Under the pieces are notes generated by a model. The model had not been told where the DNA came from. It was given only the letters and a program-made list of their open reading frames with translations, and did not search any database. Both the position numbers and the translations under genes were made by a program. Of a stretch of 64,000 nt of DNA, positions 1 to 10,147 are shown piece after piece. This DNA is from an uncultured Colwellia sp. (GTDB lineage Bacteria > Pseudomonadota > Gammaproteobacteria > Enterobacterales > Alteromonadaceae): contig CAJWZC010000009.1 in NCBI GenBank assembly GCA_913049915.1, forward strand, positions 386 through 64,385. Direction: 5' to 3'. Every line of letters begins with the position of its first letter. Position 1 is the stretch's first letter.

Positions 1-1
1 A

Positions 2-529
2 AACTATGATGTGAGATTTGAATCAGGCTTTCAATTTGTCAAAAGTGGAAAGCTCCATGGCCTAGGCCCAGCCAAACCAATAACTGGCGGTAAGGCTATG
101 CAGCCTGCAGGTTGGTCAGCGCGGGCTACCTTTAAGGAAAAAGGTAACTTAACCACCTATGTTTATCATCAAGACAAGCCTAGGGAATATGGTGCACATG
201 GCAAGGTTGTCGCGCCATTTTCGTTCAGTCATCAACGTTTTTATGCGGTAAGCTTACATGTGAAAATTAACAGTCATGCAGAAACAGCTGACGGATTTGT
301 ACACCTTTATGTTGATGGTGTACTGATTGAACGTTTAGATAATATTCGTCTTCATGCTGATAAAGAAAATGCTGCGATCAGTCAAATGCTATTTAGCACT
401 TTTCATGGTGGCAGTAGTCCAAAGTATGCGCCTAGAGATGAAAATGGTAACTATACCAGTGTATACGCTACCTTCGATAACTTTTCAGTCTATCGAAATA
501 AACGTATTCGTTTGGCACCGGGTAAATAG
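2..529 (+). CDS. Polysaccharide lyase family 14-like (alginate/glucuronan lyase) domain, 5'-truncated by window edge
   Basis: Frame is open to base 2 (NYDVRFESGFQFVKSGKLHGL). Motifs GKL(H/P)GL and MLFSTFHGGS resemble the PL14 GGKLPGL and FSTFFGG motifs. Confidence 0.65.
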   Translation, partial: NYDVRFESGFQFVKSGKLHGLGPAKPITGGKAMQPAGWSARATFKEKGNLTTYVYHQDKPREYGAHGKVVAPFSFSHQRFYAVSLHVKINSHAETADGFVHLYVDGVLIERLDNIRLHADKENAAISQMLFSTFHGGSSPKYAPRDENGNYTSVYATFDNFSVYRNKRIRLAPGK

Positions 530-694
530 CTCCTATTATATAGAAAGTTATTCGCTAAATAATTAACCGTTAACAGGCAGAAGATTGTATATGTTATTTC
601 CTTCATAGGTCTTCTATTTAAAGTAACCCTGTTAGGGTTGGATTTACGGTAAATTGACTACTTTATCAGCACTTCCAGTAGTCACTACAGTGGT

Positions 695-1687
695 CTAACT
701 TACGCCTGCAGGCTTGCCAACTATTGAATAAACAAATTCCTGAAGAGTTGGAATCCAATCTTTGTCTACTTTTTTACGATTTAATCCAAAGCCATGCCCC
801 CCTTTTCCGAGCTTAACAAAATCGAACTTGATCTTATTTTTCTTAAGCTCTTCGATATACATCTCGCTATTTTGGTAAGGGACCGATGTATCATCTGTAG
901 CAAAAACTAAAAAGGTAGGTGGCGTATTTTTAGTCACTCTAGTTTCCATAGAGTAGAACTCAATAAGTTTTGAATCATCACTTCTATCGCCTAGTAAATT
1001 GTTATGTGACCCTTTATGTTCGTAAGGTTACTTGAAAGATATCACTGGTACTCTGAGAATGGAAAAGGCTTGAACCAATTCATCCCTCTTAACACCTGGA
1101 GCAACAATTTGATCATTGGAATTATTGAGAGAAGCAATCAAATGCCCTCCTGCTGAGGCTCCTTTTACACCAACTTTTGATCTATCGATATACCAATCAT
1201 CAGCTTTTCGATGCATGGTAGCCAAAGCCATTTGAGCATCACATAATGGCACTTTGTGCGGTTCATTGACTATTCTCCCATCAGGTAACCTGTATTTCAA
1301 AACAACAACGGTAGTAAAGCCCATTTTAAAAAATAATCTTGCATAGGCTACTCCTCTATCTACACCTGTAGTAACATGTTTATACCCTCCTCCTGGTGTG
1401 TACAACAATGCAGGCCCTGCTTTGGTGACACCTTTTTTTCTATAAACAAACATAACAGGGTTCGAAACCTGACGAAAGCGCTTATTCTCTTCATCTAACA
1501 GTTCTCCCAGCTCTATCACATCCTTGTTGAAAGGAATATCCCCTGATGGCCATACCCGCAACATGTCGACCGTAAAATCCTGTGCCATTACACCTGACGT
1601 GAGGAGAATCATCAGAAATATCATCGTGGCTTTAGTCATTTTGATCATCCTATTATTTACTCCTATGTTCGTTGTATTCTTAATCAA
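695..1687 (-). pseudogene. Secreted alpha/beta-hydrolase (BD-FAE/xylan-esterase-like) broken by one in-frame TAA at 1028-1030
   Basis: ORFs 1028..1687 and 695..949 are in the same frame, joined by 26 stop-free codons (SFK*PYEHKGSHNNLLG...YSMETRV). Ser motif GASAGGHL, TPPTFL..ATDD and GGHGFG are present. Confidence 0.85.
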
Positions 1688-1791
1688 ACTCTATTTCTAG
1701 TCTTTTGGTTTTTGCCTTCAAGCTAGCAGCCTCGTTTGCATTGACAATTGTAACTAAACATATTTAAGTAACAGGGGAAGTTAAATATTAT

Positions 1792-1858
1792 GACGGGTTA
1801 CGCCTTTGGCTATCCATCCTACGGTAGGATGGGTTAGCTCGTAAGAGCGTAACCCGTC
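1792..1858. repeat. Inverted doublet of GTAG-type REP elements (REPIN-like)
   Basis: GACGGGTTACGCCTTTGGCTATCCATCCTAC followed by GTAGGATGGGTTAGCTCGTAAGAGCGTAACCCGTC. Each unit reads GTAG plus an imperfect hairpin. Confidence 0.7.
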
Positions 1859-1888
1859 GTAGTAGTAACTTTGTAGAGGTGCTGAAAC

Positions 1889-1948
1889 CGTCATGCTGAA
1901 TTTATTTCAGTATCAGCATGACAGCCGCAGCGTCTTCACGAACTTGTT
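1889..1948. repeat. Short palindromic repeat pair (GTCATGCTGAATTTATTTCAG / GTCTTCACGAACTTGTTTCGGGATC)
   Basis: Two related GTC..GAA(C/T)TT(G/A)TTTC units. The first is closed by the inverted repeat GTCATGCTG...CAGCATGAC. Confidence 0.45.
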
Positions 1949-2035
1949 TCGGGATCTCGTTGCCAGCTAATAAAGTTACTCAGCAGCTTCTTATTGAATT
2001 ATACCTATTGAATAAGAAGCTATTAACAAAGGCTC

Positions 2036-2803
2036 TTAACGAGCCATCCAGCCACCATCTACCAGCATAATGTGACCATTAACATAATCAGACGCTTTTG
2101 ATGCTAGGAACACCGCTGCACCAGCTAAGTCTTCTGGGTTACCCCATCGTCCTGCTGGTATACGGGCTGAAATTGAAGCGTTGCGCTCTGCGTCGGCGCG
2201 AAGTGCTGTGGTATTGTCGGTAGCAAAATATCCAGGAGCAATCGCATTGATTTGTAAACCTTTTGCTGCCCACTCATTGGCCAGTGCCTTGGTTAACTGC
2301 ATTACGGCACCTTTACTGGCGGCGTATGCTGGCACAGTAATACCACCGGAGAAACTAAGTAAGGATGCAATATTGACAATTTTGCCACTACCGCGTTCTA
2401 ACATATGTTTACCAAGACCGCGTGATAACCTAAACACGCCATTGATATTGGTTTCCATCACCGCATTCCAATCTTCATCGCTAAATTCCTCTGCAGGTGC
2501 ACGACGTATGGTACCGGCGTTATTGACCAAAATATCAACCTGACCAAATGCTGCAATACTATCTATTACCAACTGCTTTACCTGTTCAGCATCATCTTGC
2601 TGACAACCTAGTGCTACCGCTTTACCACCTAAGGCTTTGATTTTTACAACGGTGTCAGCAGCATTTTCTGCCTTTGAAGCAACGGCAATAATAGTGGCAC
2701 CAGCCTGAGCAAGACCTATGGCCATGCCCTGCCCTAAGCCACGACTAGCACCGGTAATAACCGCTACTTTTCCTGTTAAATCAAATAACTTATTCATATT
2801 CAT
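2036..2803 (-). CDS. kduD: 2-dehydro-3-deoxy-D-gluconate 5-dehydrogenase (SDR)
   Basis: TGASRGLG, NNAG and YAASK motifs; LLSFSGGITVPAY and GHIMLVDGGWMAR are typical of KduD; adjacent to kduI. Confidence 0.92.
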   Translation of the reverse strand: MNMNKLFDLTGKVAVITGASRGLGQGMAIGLAQAGATIIAVASKAENAADTVVKIKALGGKAVALGCQQDDAEQVKQLVIDSIAAFGQVDILVNNAGTIRRAPAEEFSDEDWNAVMETNINGVFRLSRGLGKHMLERGSGKIVNIASLLSFSGGITVPAYAASKGAVMQLTKALANEWAAKGLQINAIAPGYFATDNTTALRADAERNASISARIPAGRWGNPEDLAGAAVFLASKASDYVNGHIMLVDGGWMAR

Positions 2804-2849
2804 CTCTATATTAAATTCCTATTACCTGCTACCTATTAACTACTATCTA

Positions 2850-3680
2850 CTATTTAAGGTCACTTATCTTTAAATGATCCATATCGGTGAATTCTTGGTT
2901 CTCACCACCCATAGACCAACAAAAAGTATACGCTGAAGTACCGGCGCCACTATGAATTGACCAGCTAGGAGACAGCGCCACTTCGCCAGTTTTCATAATT
3001 AATGGGCGAATATTATCGACCTCGCCCATCATATGAAAAACCACATTGTCTTCAGGTAAGTTGTAATACATATAATATTCGCTGCGACGTCGATGAGTAT
3101 GTGGCGGCATAGTATTCCAGACACTACCCTCAGATAAACTGGTAAAGCCCATCACTATTTGACAACTTTCAACAATACCTGGACGAATAGGCTGATAAAT
3201 CACGCGTTTATTTGCCGTTTCCAACGAACCCATTTCAATCTTATTTGCCATATCTTTCGTTACCAGCTTAGTTGGGTAGCTGGTATGGGCGGGATAACTG
3301 ACGATATAAAATTTTGCTGGCTTAGTCGCATCACTACTTTCAAACGTGATCTCTTCATTACCACGTCCGATGTACAATGCATCTTCGAAGGCCAAGTTAT
3401 AGGCCGTACCATTAACGGTAATTTTGCCTGCGCCACCAATGTTTAATACGCCCACTTCACGGCGCTGAGTGAAATAATCACAGGCCAGCTCTTTATGAAT
3501 AGGCAAGGTTAGTACTTTAGTCACAGGCACTGCTGAGGCAATCACGCCACGGTCGATGTCTGAATATGTCATCGGCACTTCGTCAGCTGTGTATAAATCA
3601 TTAACCAAATAGCTTTCACGTAATTCATCACTAGTCATCCGCTTATAACGGATATTGTCTGCTGAAAATCTTAATTCCAT
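2850..3680 (-). CDS. kduI: 5-dehydro-4-deoxy-D-glucuronate isomerase
   Basis: RREVGVLNIGG, WNTMPPHTHRRRSEYY, SPSWSIHSGAGT and MGGENQEFTDMD are KduI signatures. Confidence 0.93.
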   Translation of the reverse strand: MELRFSADNIRYKRMTSDELRESYLVNDLYTADEVPMTYSDIDRGVIASAVPVTKVLTLPIHKELACDYFTQRREVGVLNIGGAGKITVNGTAYNLAFEDALYIGRGNEEITFESSDATKPAKFYIVSYPAHTSYPTKLVTKDMANKIEMGSLETANKRVIYQPIRPGIVESCQIVMGFTSLSEGSVWNTMPPHTHRRRSEYYMYYNLPEDNVVFHMMGEVDNIRPLIMKTGEVALSPSWSIHSGAGTSAYTFCWSMGGENQEFTDMDHLKISDLK

Positions 3681-3715
3681 AATATTTTCTCCAAAAAATT
3701 AATTTTATATTTTGT

Positions 3716-5767
3716 CTATAAATTATCTAAATATGATTGCCATGCATTATTGTCTATTATCTCGCCAGCAGCCTGCCAAGCAAAGCCTGCGCGATATGAA
3801 AGTTTGCCTTGGGCGTCAGAATTGGTAAAAATCCAAATATGGCTTTCGTCTTTGTTTTCACTGGGTAAATGTTGAATATCGGTGATAATACTCGGCTCAA
3901 CTAAAGCCGCAGTACCAACACCTAATTGGTCAATGGTTTCCCAGGCAGAAATTCTGCCAGTGGCTTTACTGAACGAAACATTGGCATTTTCATCATGGGT
4001 GGAAACACCTATCGCAATAGGTAAAGCAGTTGGCTTACCATTTAAGCTAAAGACAGAATTCACTTGATAAAGTTGATCGCCCAGTGCTAAAGAAATTGTT
4101 TTACTCTCTGCAACAAGACCTAATGGCGTTTGCCACTCATACTCTAAGGAGAACACCACTTCGTCAACGCCACTTTTTAAAACTTTATAGCTAGAATATG
4201 TATTTGCTGCATAAGGCTTTCCTTCGATCCAAATTGCACTACCACCGGTACCTCGACTACCTCCCACGTGATAGGGATCATAACCCTCGCCTTTATTTTT
4301 GTGATAAGAAATACCATTTAAGTGCGCTGCATACCATTTATCAATAATTGCATAATCGACTTTCTTAAACCAGTTGTCGACACCACTAAAACTGCCTTCT
4401 TTTGGGCCTGCAGGGCCATAAACACGGAAGGCAACCTTATCGTTTTCCCAAGTAAAATCATCATCTCGCTCAGGAACAAAGCGACCATAAGCCATCACTT
4501 TCTTTTCAGGTGTTTCCCACTTACTCATTTCTGAGGCGGCAAGTAATAGCGCACCTACACCGTATAACTGCGTATCATTTATCGCTACCGGATCCGGTGA
4601 TTTACCAATCTGTTGTACCCAATGCAACATGCCATCGGAGTCAACCGATGAAGCAAGTGCCGCCCAACCTTTTTTAACCGCGTCGACAGTCCCTTGATCA
4701 GTAATGACACCGTTGTTAACGCCCCATGCCAAACCAAAGGTAATAAAAGCTGTACCACTAGTCTCAGGGGTTTTAACCTTATCGGCATCCATCAAAGATG
4801 CAGGCCAAAAACCATTGGGGTTTTGAACTTTAACTAGGGCTTTTGCCATTTTTGTATAAAGTGCTAAATATTTCTTTTTAGATTTATGCCCTGCTGGAAT
4901 TTCTTCAATAATTAATGGTAGCGCGGCGAACACCCAACCATTACCACGACTCCAAAACACATGGCTGCCGTTGTCACTTTTCTTGGTAAAGTAGCGGCTA
5001 TCACGGAAGAACAGGTCGTAATCGTCAGAAAACAAATAATCAACCGTGGCCCAGTATTCTTTGTTAGCGTAGTCAAAGTATTTTTGATCACCAGTCGCCG
5101 TACTTAGCTGCATCCAAGTGCGCGGTGCCATAAACAAAGCGTCTGCCCAACACCATCGGTCTTGACAGGTACCTTCAAAGCCTTTTTCTTTACTTTTAAA
5201 AAATTCCAAACTATTAGTAGGTTTATTTGCAAGAATATTATCAAAGCTTGTTTGAATATTTTTATAGGTCGCTTTATTATCAGTTTTTTCATTTAACCAA
5301 AGGTACATTTGACCAATGGTATGATCATCGCCATGCACTGGACGATGGCCTAATTGATAGTCGCTATTTTTAGCAATTTGTGACATCACCTCAACTAAAT
5401 TTTGATCTTCAACCGTATCTGCCCAGCGAGACAAGCCTATATATAAAGCCCCTTGGATCCACTCTTTTGGATCAGCAATCTGTTTAATTCTTTTTTGGTC
5501 AGGAATATAATCAAAATTTTCAAGACGTGCTACTTGCCATTCAGTGGCGCGTATACCCACATCTATTGCCGATTGTCTAATAGCGGATGCGTTAACTGTA
5601 TTATCAACGGCGTTAACTACGCGCTCTGTTGTAGATTGTTCCGTTGCTGTTTGGCTAACTTGAGTAGTTTGGCTTAGAGTCGCGTCATCAGAACAAGCAA
5701 AAATTAGCGAGGATAATCCTGCAATTAAACTGACTTTTGTTAGCTTGTATTTTGTACTTTTATGCAT
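3716..5767 (-). CDS. Lipoprotein: GH105 unsaturated glucuronyl hydrolase fused to C-terminal DUF4861-like domain
   Basis: Lipobox LIFAC; GH105/GH88-clan motifs WCWADALFMAP, FWSRGNGWV, ETSGTA, WVQQIG; C-terminal FVPERDDDFTWENDKVAFRVYGP. Confidence 0.82.
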   Translation of the reverse strand: MHKSTKYKLTKVSLIAGLSSLIFACSDDATLSQTTQVSQTATEQSTTERVVNAVDNTVNASAIRQSAIDVGIRATEWQVARLENFDYIPDQKRIKQIADPKEWIQGALYIGLSRWADTVEDQNLVEVMSQIAKNSDYQLGHRPVHGDDHTIGQMYLWLNEKTDNKATYKNIQTSFDNILANKPTNSLEFFKSKEKGFEGTCQDRWCWADALFMAPRTWMQLSTATGDQKYFDYANKEYWATVDYLFSDDYDLFFRDSRYFTKKSDNGSHVFWSRGNGWVFAALPLIIEEIPAGHKSKKKYLALYTKMAKALVKVQNPNGFWPASLMDADKVKTPETSGTAFITFGLAWGVNNGVITDQGTVDAVKKGWAALASSVDSDGMLHWVQQIGKSPDPVAINDTQLYGVGALLLAASEMSKWETPEKKVMAYGRFVPERDDDFTWENDKVAFRVYGPAGPKEGSFSGVDNWFKKVDYAIIDKWYAAHLNGISYHKNKGEGYDPYHVGGSRGTGGSAIWIEGKPYAANTYSSYKVLKSGVDEVVFSLEYEWQTPLGLVAESKTISLALGDQLYQVNSVFSLNGKPTALPIAIGVSTHDENANVSFSKATGRISAWETIDQLGVGTAALVEPSIITDIQHLPSENKDESHIWIFTNSDAQGKLSYRAGFAWQAAGEIIDNNAWQSYLDNL

Positions 5768-5844
5768 TGTTTGTTTTTTCCTTATATTTAGCCATAATCA
5801 TTCAAAAGGCAGACGAATTAGACCTATACGACAAAAATATTACA

Positions 5845-5906
5845 TGGTACAGGAACTCAACAATTGGTCTGTCCAATAATAATTGGTAATTACTATGTGT
5901 GTCAAG
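5845..5906 (-). promoter_or_regulatory. Promoter/operator module copy A (operator 5862-5877; -35 TTGACA at 5905-5900; -10 TATTAT)
   Basis: AATTGGTCTGTCCAAT ends 24 nt from GTCAA, the same spacing as five other copies; lies upstream of the GH105-kduI-kduD run. Confidence 0.8.
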
Positions 5907-6082
5907 GTAACTTTAATTCTTGAGCCGATACATATAATAAAAACAATGATTACAAATAAAATAAAGGCAGAATATAAGCAACTTAACAGCGTTCCTTTTA
6001 AAATAAGAAAAGCACGAATGATATTAATTGGTCAAATAGGCGCGTATGAATATCTCATTTACCGAGTCAATAAGAAAATTAT

Positions 6083-6579
6083 ATGAACATGCCAACTAAG
6101 CTCTTTTTTGCTTTTGTTACCCTAGTCGTGCTCTCCGAGCCAACCTTTGCCTAAGTTTATGATGAATCTGATATTCTGGGCATTGAATCCATTGTCATAA
6201 AACTTCAGAATAAAAAGACTGGCGAGCAGTCGCTGACAAACGTATTGATAAAATACGCAAGTCTGACCTCTCTATTCAGATCATCGACGCTGAAGGAGAA
6301 GCGCTAGAAGGGGCTAAGGTGGATGTTCGGTTAAGACGCTATTCCTTCACCTTTAGCGGTGTTATCTCAGCCAAGAAGTTTGGTAAGTTAAAGCCTTTGC
6401 TCAAAAATTTTTTCAATCAGATCGGTTTTGGCATAAGTCTCAAGTACAAGCAAAAAGAACGCATGGCCGATAAGGTTGATAAAGTAATGACTTGGGCTGA
6501 GGCTAATAACATGCCAGTGCGTGGCCATGCTCTGGTTTATCCGGGTTGGAAGTTCATGCATAAAATGCGCATGCCCTAA
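6083..6579 (+). pseudogene. Decayed, 3'-truncated GH10-like glycosidase
   Basis: Signal peptide MNMPTKLFFAFVTLVVLSEPTFA followed by TAA, a frame switch, then DWRAVADKRIDKIRKSDL...VRGHALVYPGW (GH10 RGH motif). Ends long before the catalytic glutamates. Confidence 0.65.
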
Positions 6580-6615
6580 AATACAAAACGTCTGAACTGC
6601 GCGCATTTATAGACA

Positions 6616-6651
6616 ATCAGATCAAAGTTAAATATAACCTTGTTCTGATCC
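6616..6651. repeat. Degenerate inverted doublet of the GGGTCAGAACAAAGTTA REP-like unit
   Basis: ATCAGATCAAAGTTAAATATAACCTTGTTCTGATCC. Confidence 0.6.
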
Positions 6652-6790
6652 TCGCCATAAGACATTTAGTTAAACTGTAGGATCATATGTAGAGTATCCA
6701 TTTCCAGTACGAAATTTGTTGATTGCTGATGTAAAAGGCCTTGGCATTATTACCTCTTGAGTTTATCTTCTGTTTAATTTAATTAAAATA

Positions 6791-8326
6791 TTATAAATCC
6801 TGAACTGTTACTGTGCCGCTAGATGTCCATTTAATCAGTAATTGCTGCCACTCTGTTACGTCCCAGTTGTAATCTTCCCCTAAATCGATTGCCTCACGAA
6901 TAAGGGTAACAGATTTCGACAGTTGTCTGGGTTGCATATTATTATAGGCTATGGCTTTCAAATAATGAAATTGTGGGTTTTCATCCTGGCTTTCGGCTAT
7001 TTGTTCTAAATACTTCATTGCTCCATTGACGTCATGCAAAGATTGATCTTTTGCCAGAAGCTTTAATTCTGCCACTTTGCGGATCGCTGCGAGATGTTTT
7101 TTCTCTGCTGCTGAATTTAACCAGAATAGGGCTTTTTCTTCATCATGAATAACCCAGGGACTATCAAGCAAAATCCTGCCTAAGCGATATTCCGCCTGAG
7201 AAAGCCCCTCTTTACTCGCTCTAGCGATCCAGTATATGGCTTGCTGTAGGTCTTTTTGCTCACGATAGAGTTTTAAACCATACTCAAACTGGGCTTCGCT
7301 ATGACCTTCCTGAGCGGCATTTTTTAGTAGACTATCTACTTGACCTACTTTCGGTTTTAGCCAGGTGAAATTCATTAAAATCTGTGCATATTGATACTTG
7401 TCTTGTGGGGTGTTGCTTGTTTTTAGCTTGTTGACCAAGCGGCGGACTTTTCTATATAAGACCCCATAATCACGACGTATTCTGAAAATGTCATAGTTGG
7501 CTATGCCTAGGAAAGTACGGTTAACAAAATGAATATTTTCGCCCTTAAATTTAGGCTGTGGCAAAGTAGATAAAGACAGCTCGTATAACCCCTTGTTAAT
7601 TACGCCCATGGTTTGTCTTGGCACAAAATCTCTGCGTGAGCCGTCAGGAGCAATATCATAATCGACAACTAAAAAATAAGGTTTATTAAATAACGCATCA
7701 TTGGTGGTTATATAAACTGATGAGTACGATTGTAAACTGTCGCCACCAAATTCATCTTCACCTCCAAAATTATCATCCATGCTGTTTTCTAAAGACGAGA
7801 ATTGGCTGTCAAAATCATCAATATCGTCATCAAAGCTGCTGTGTTTTCCAGAAAGTTCACTTTCGTCGCCAAAATGCACCTCAGTGGTCAAGTTATCTTT
7901 TTTTAATACTGGAAAATATTTTGCATTAATACTGGCTTGACCGTATTGTTTTTGAAATTTATCAATATAGGATTGCACCAACACTTTTTGATCTTGGGGT
8001 ATGCCAGCCATCAAAAATTCTACAATTTCAACTGAATTATCATAATGATACTCTGCCGCCAAGGAGAACCAAACAAGGGCTGTTACCTTATTGATCTCAG
8101 TGCCTAGACCTTGGTGATGAATAGCCCCCAGTTGATAATAAGCTCTAGGGTTGCCGATTTCTGCTGCCGCTTGATATTCGGTTCGAGCTTTAAGGTAATT
8201 TTTTTGTAGAAAGCTTTGGTCGGCTACAAATATAGTATTGGCAAAGGCAACTACTTGAGTACTGTGACTCAGTAAAAACAGGCTAATAACTAATCCAAAC
8301 CGATTCACAATAGATTGACGCTTCAT
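6791..8326 (-). CDS. Secreted Sel1-like repeat protein
   Basis: Signal peptide; repeated AYYQLG/AQFEYG/AEYRLG-..A..W..AA Sel1 units; acidic linker. Confidence 0.8.
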   Translation of the reverse strand: MKRQSIVNRFGLVISLFLLSHSTQVVAFANTIFVADQSFLQKNYLKARTEYQAAAEIGNPRAYYQLGAIHHQGLGTEINKVTALVWFSLAAEYHYDNSVEIVEFLMAGIPQDQKVLVQSYIDKFQKQYGQASINAKYFPVLKKDNLTTEVHFGDESELSGKHSSFDDDIDDFDSQFSSLENSMDDNFGGEDEFGGDSLQSYSSVYITTNDALFNKPYFLVVDYDIAPDGSRRDFVPRQTMGVINKGLYELSLSTLPQPKFKGENIHFVNRTFLGIANYDIFRIRRDYGVLYRKVRRLVNKLKTSNTPQDKYQYAQILMNFTWLKPKVGQVDSLLKNAAQEGHSEAQFEYGLKLYREQKDLQQAIYWIARASKEGLSQAEYRLGRILLDSPWVIHDEEKALFWLNSAAEKKHLAAIRKVAELKLLAKDQSLHDVNGAMKYLEQIAESQDENPQFHYLKAIAYNNMQPRQLSKSVTLIREAIDLGEDYNWDVTEWQQLLIKWTSSGTVTVQDL

Positions 8327-8377
8327 ATTTTAACTCTCACTGAGTGGGAAATAACTGTATCAAGTTAGTAACATAAA

Positions 8378-8427
8378 ATAATTAGGGTCATAACAAAGTT
8401 ATTTAACTTTGTTATGACCCTAATTAT
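8378..8427. repeat. Perfect 24-bp inverted doublet of the REP-like unit
   Basis: ATAATTAGGGTCATAACAAAGTTA-TT-TAACTTTGTTATGACCCTAATTAT. Confidence 0.85.
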
Positions 8428-8443
8428 ATCTGCATTGGTAGCA

Positions 8444-9937
8444 TTACTTCTTCCTAGTAATGCCGTATTTACTGAGCTTTTTCTCAAAATGTTCATTAAC
8501 GGCATTGCCGTAAATATATTCCGATATTGGCGCTGGGTTGATGGGCAAGTGCTTTATAAAGCGTTTTTTGATATCAGCATATTCTTTATTTAAGGCCAAA
8601 TTTGTCCACTCTTCAGGGTCTTTATCATGGTCATAAAGTTCCTCGCTACCATCGGAATATCGAATATAGCGATAGCGCTCGCCACGAATACTATGATTGC
8701 CTTCACCATATGTGGTGATAGCTGGACGGCCTGAGGTGTTGGCATCACCTGTCAATAGTGGTTTCAAACTTGTGCCTTCATTACGATCGTATGCGGGCAG
8801 ACCAGCGATATCCAGTAAGGTTGGGTATAAATCCAATAAGCTCACCGGTGTTGCTAACTTTTGACCTTTGAGTGTTTCAGGGCTTTTGATAATAAACGGA
8901 ACGTGTGTTGCTTCCTCCCAGACACTATGTTTGGCAAAACGTCCCTTTTCGCCAAGATGATAGCCATGATCAGACCACAACACGACAATGGTATTATCAC
9001 GGTAAGGACTTTGTTCAAGTTCATCTAAAATCTCTCCAACGTATTGGTCAACAAAAGAAATACTGGCGAGATAGCCCTGAACTGCTTTTGCCCACTCCCC
9101 GTTTTTAATAGCCCAGTCAGTCGTTGGCATCATTGGCATTTCATGAATAGCTTTACTGATTTGGGGAACATCATTCATATCTGTTGCCAAATAAGGCGGC
9201 GTTATGATGTCTTCAAGTGGATTGAGATCAAAGTATTTTTGTGGGGCATACCAGGGCGCATGTGGACGAATAAAACCAACGGTCAAAAGGAACGGTCTGT
9301 GATGATCTTCTTTTATCTTGTCTATCGCCCATATTGCAGACTTATAATCAATCATGTCCTCATCTTTTTCAGGAAACACTCCCCAATCAGTATTCGTGCC
9401 GTTGCTATCCCAAGCAAAAGCTTTATCCGGCTTAGGGCCAAATCCTTTAATTCGTCCGCCATACTGCTCAAAAGCACCTTCTGCTGAACTGTTATGGAAA
9501 ATTTTGCCAATACCCATGGTTTTATAACCATGGTCGCCAAAATATTCCGGTAAGAAGGCAATCCCCTTAGTGGCAGGGCTAGCTTTTTTAATGTCTTTGT
9601 CTTTAATATGCCAATAAATACCGGTGGTGGTTGGACGAAGACCGGTCATAATACTGGCGCGTGATGGCCCACAAAGTGCTGCAGTAGAATGTGCATTAGT
9701 AAAAAGCATGCCTTGGGAAGCAAGACGATCAATATTGGGGGTTTTAGCATTGGGGTGCCCTTCCATCGCGCCTATCCAATCATTGAGATCATCCACGATG
9801 ATCATCACAACATTTGGCTTTTTATTAACATCAGCTTGTTTGCTCTTATCAGACGCATTGCAAACGGCACATAAAACTGTGCATACCAACACAGTTATCA
9901 ATTTAAGAACACGGATTAGAGCATGGAATTGACGCAT
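8444..9937 (-). CDS. S1 sulfatase (iduronate-2-sulfatase/choline-sulfatase-like)
   Basis: IIVDDLND, CGPSRAS, GKIFH, GFIRPHAPW, SDHGYHLGEK; signal peptide. Confidence 0.9.
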   Translation of the reverse strand: MRQFHALIRVLKLITVLVCTVLCAVCNASDKSKQADVNKKPNVVMIIVDDLNDWIGAMEGHPNAKTPNIDRLASQGMLFTNAHSTAALCGPSRASIMTGLRPTTTGIYWHIKDKDIKKASPATKGIAFLPEYFGDHGYKTMGIGKIFHNSSAEGAFEQYGGRIKGFGPKPDKAFAWDSNGTNTDWGVFPEKDEDMIDYKSAIWAIDKIKEDHHRPFLLTVGFIRPHAPWYAPQKYFDLNPLEDIITPPYLATDMNDVPQISKAIHEMPMMPTTDWAIKNGEWAKAVQGYLASISFVDQYVGEILDELEQSPYRDNTIVVLWSDHGYHLGEKGRFAKHSVWEEATHVPFIIKSPETLKGQKLATPVSLLDLYPTLLDIAGLPAYDRNEGTSLKPLLTGDANTSGRPAITTYGEGNHSIRGERYRYIRYSDGSEELYDHDKDPEEWTNLALNKEYADIKKRFIKHLPINPAPISEYIYGNAVNEHFEKKLSKYGITRKK

Positions 9938-10147
9938 TATATCTCAAAATAGTAATAATAGTGGAAGAACATCAGTATACTCAAACAATTCGACCTTACC
10001 AATACTTTGTTTGAATATCATAACATAAACGGACAAATAACTGATATAAAAGGGTTAATATTTAATCCGATCTACTAATTAAATCTAAAGTAAATTAATC
10101 TTGCAGATTTGGTCAGGCCTATTTATAATACCAATACTTAAATATTC

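Noticed and set aside
7480-7700. TonB C-terminal-like segment in the Sel1 protein
   Set aside because: Only a weak resemblance (VDYDIAPDG); cannot be supported without an HMM search.
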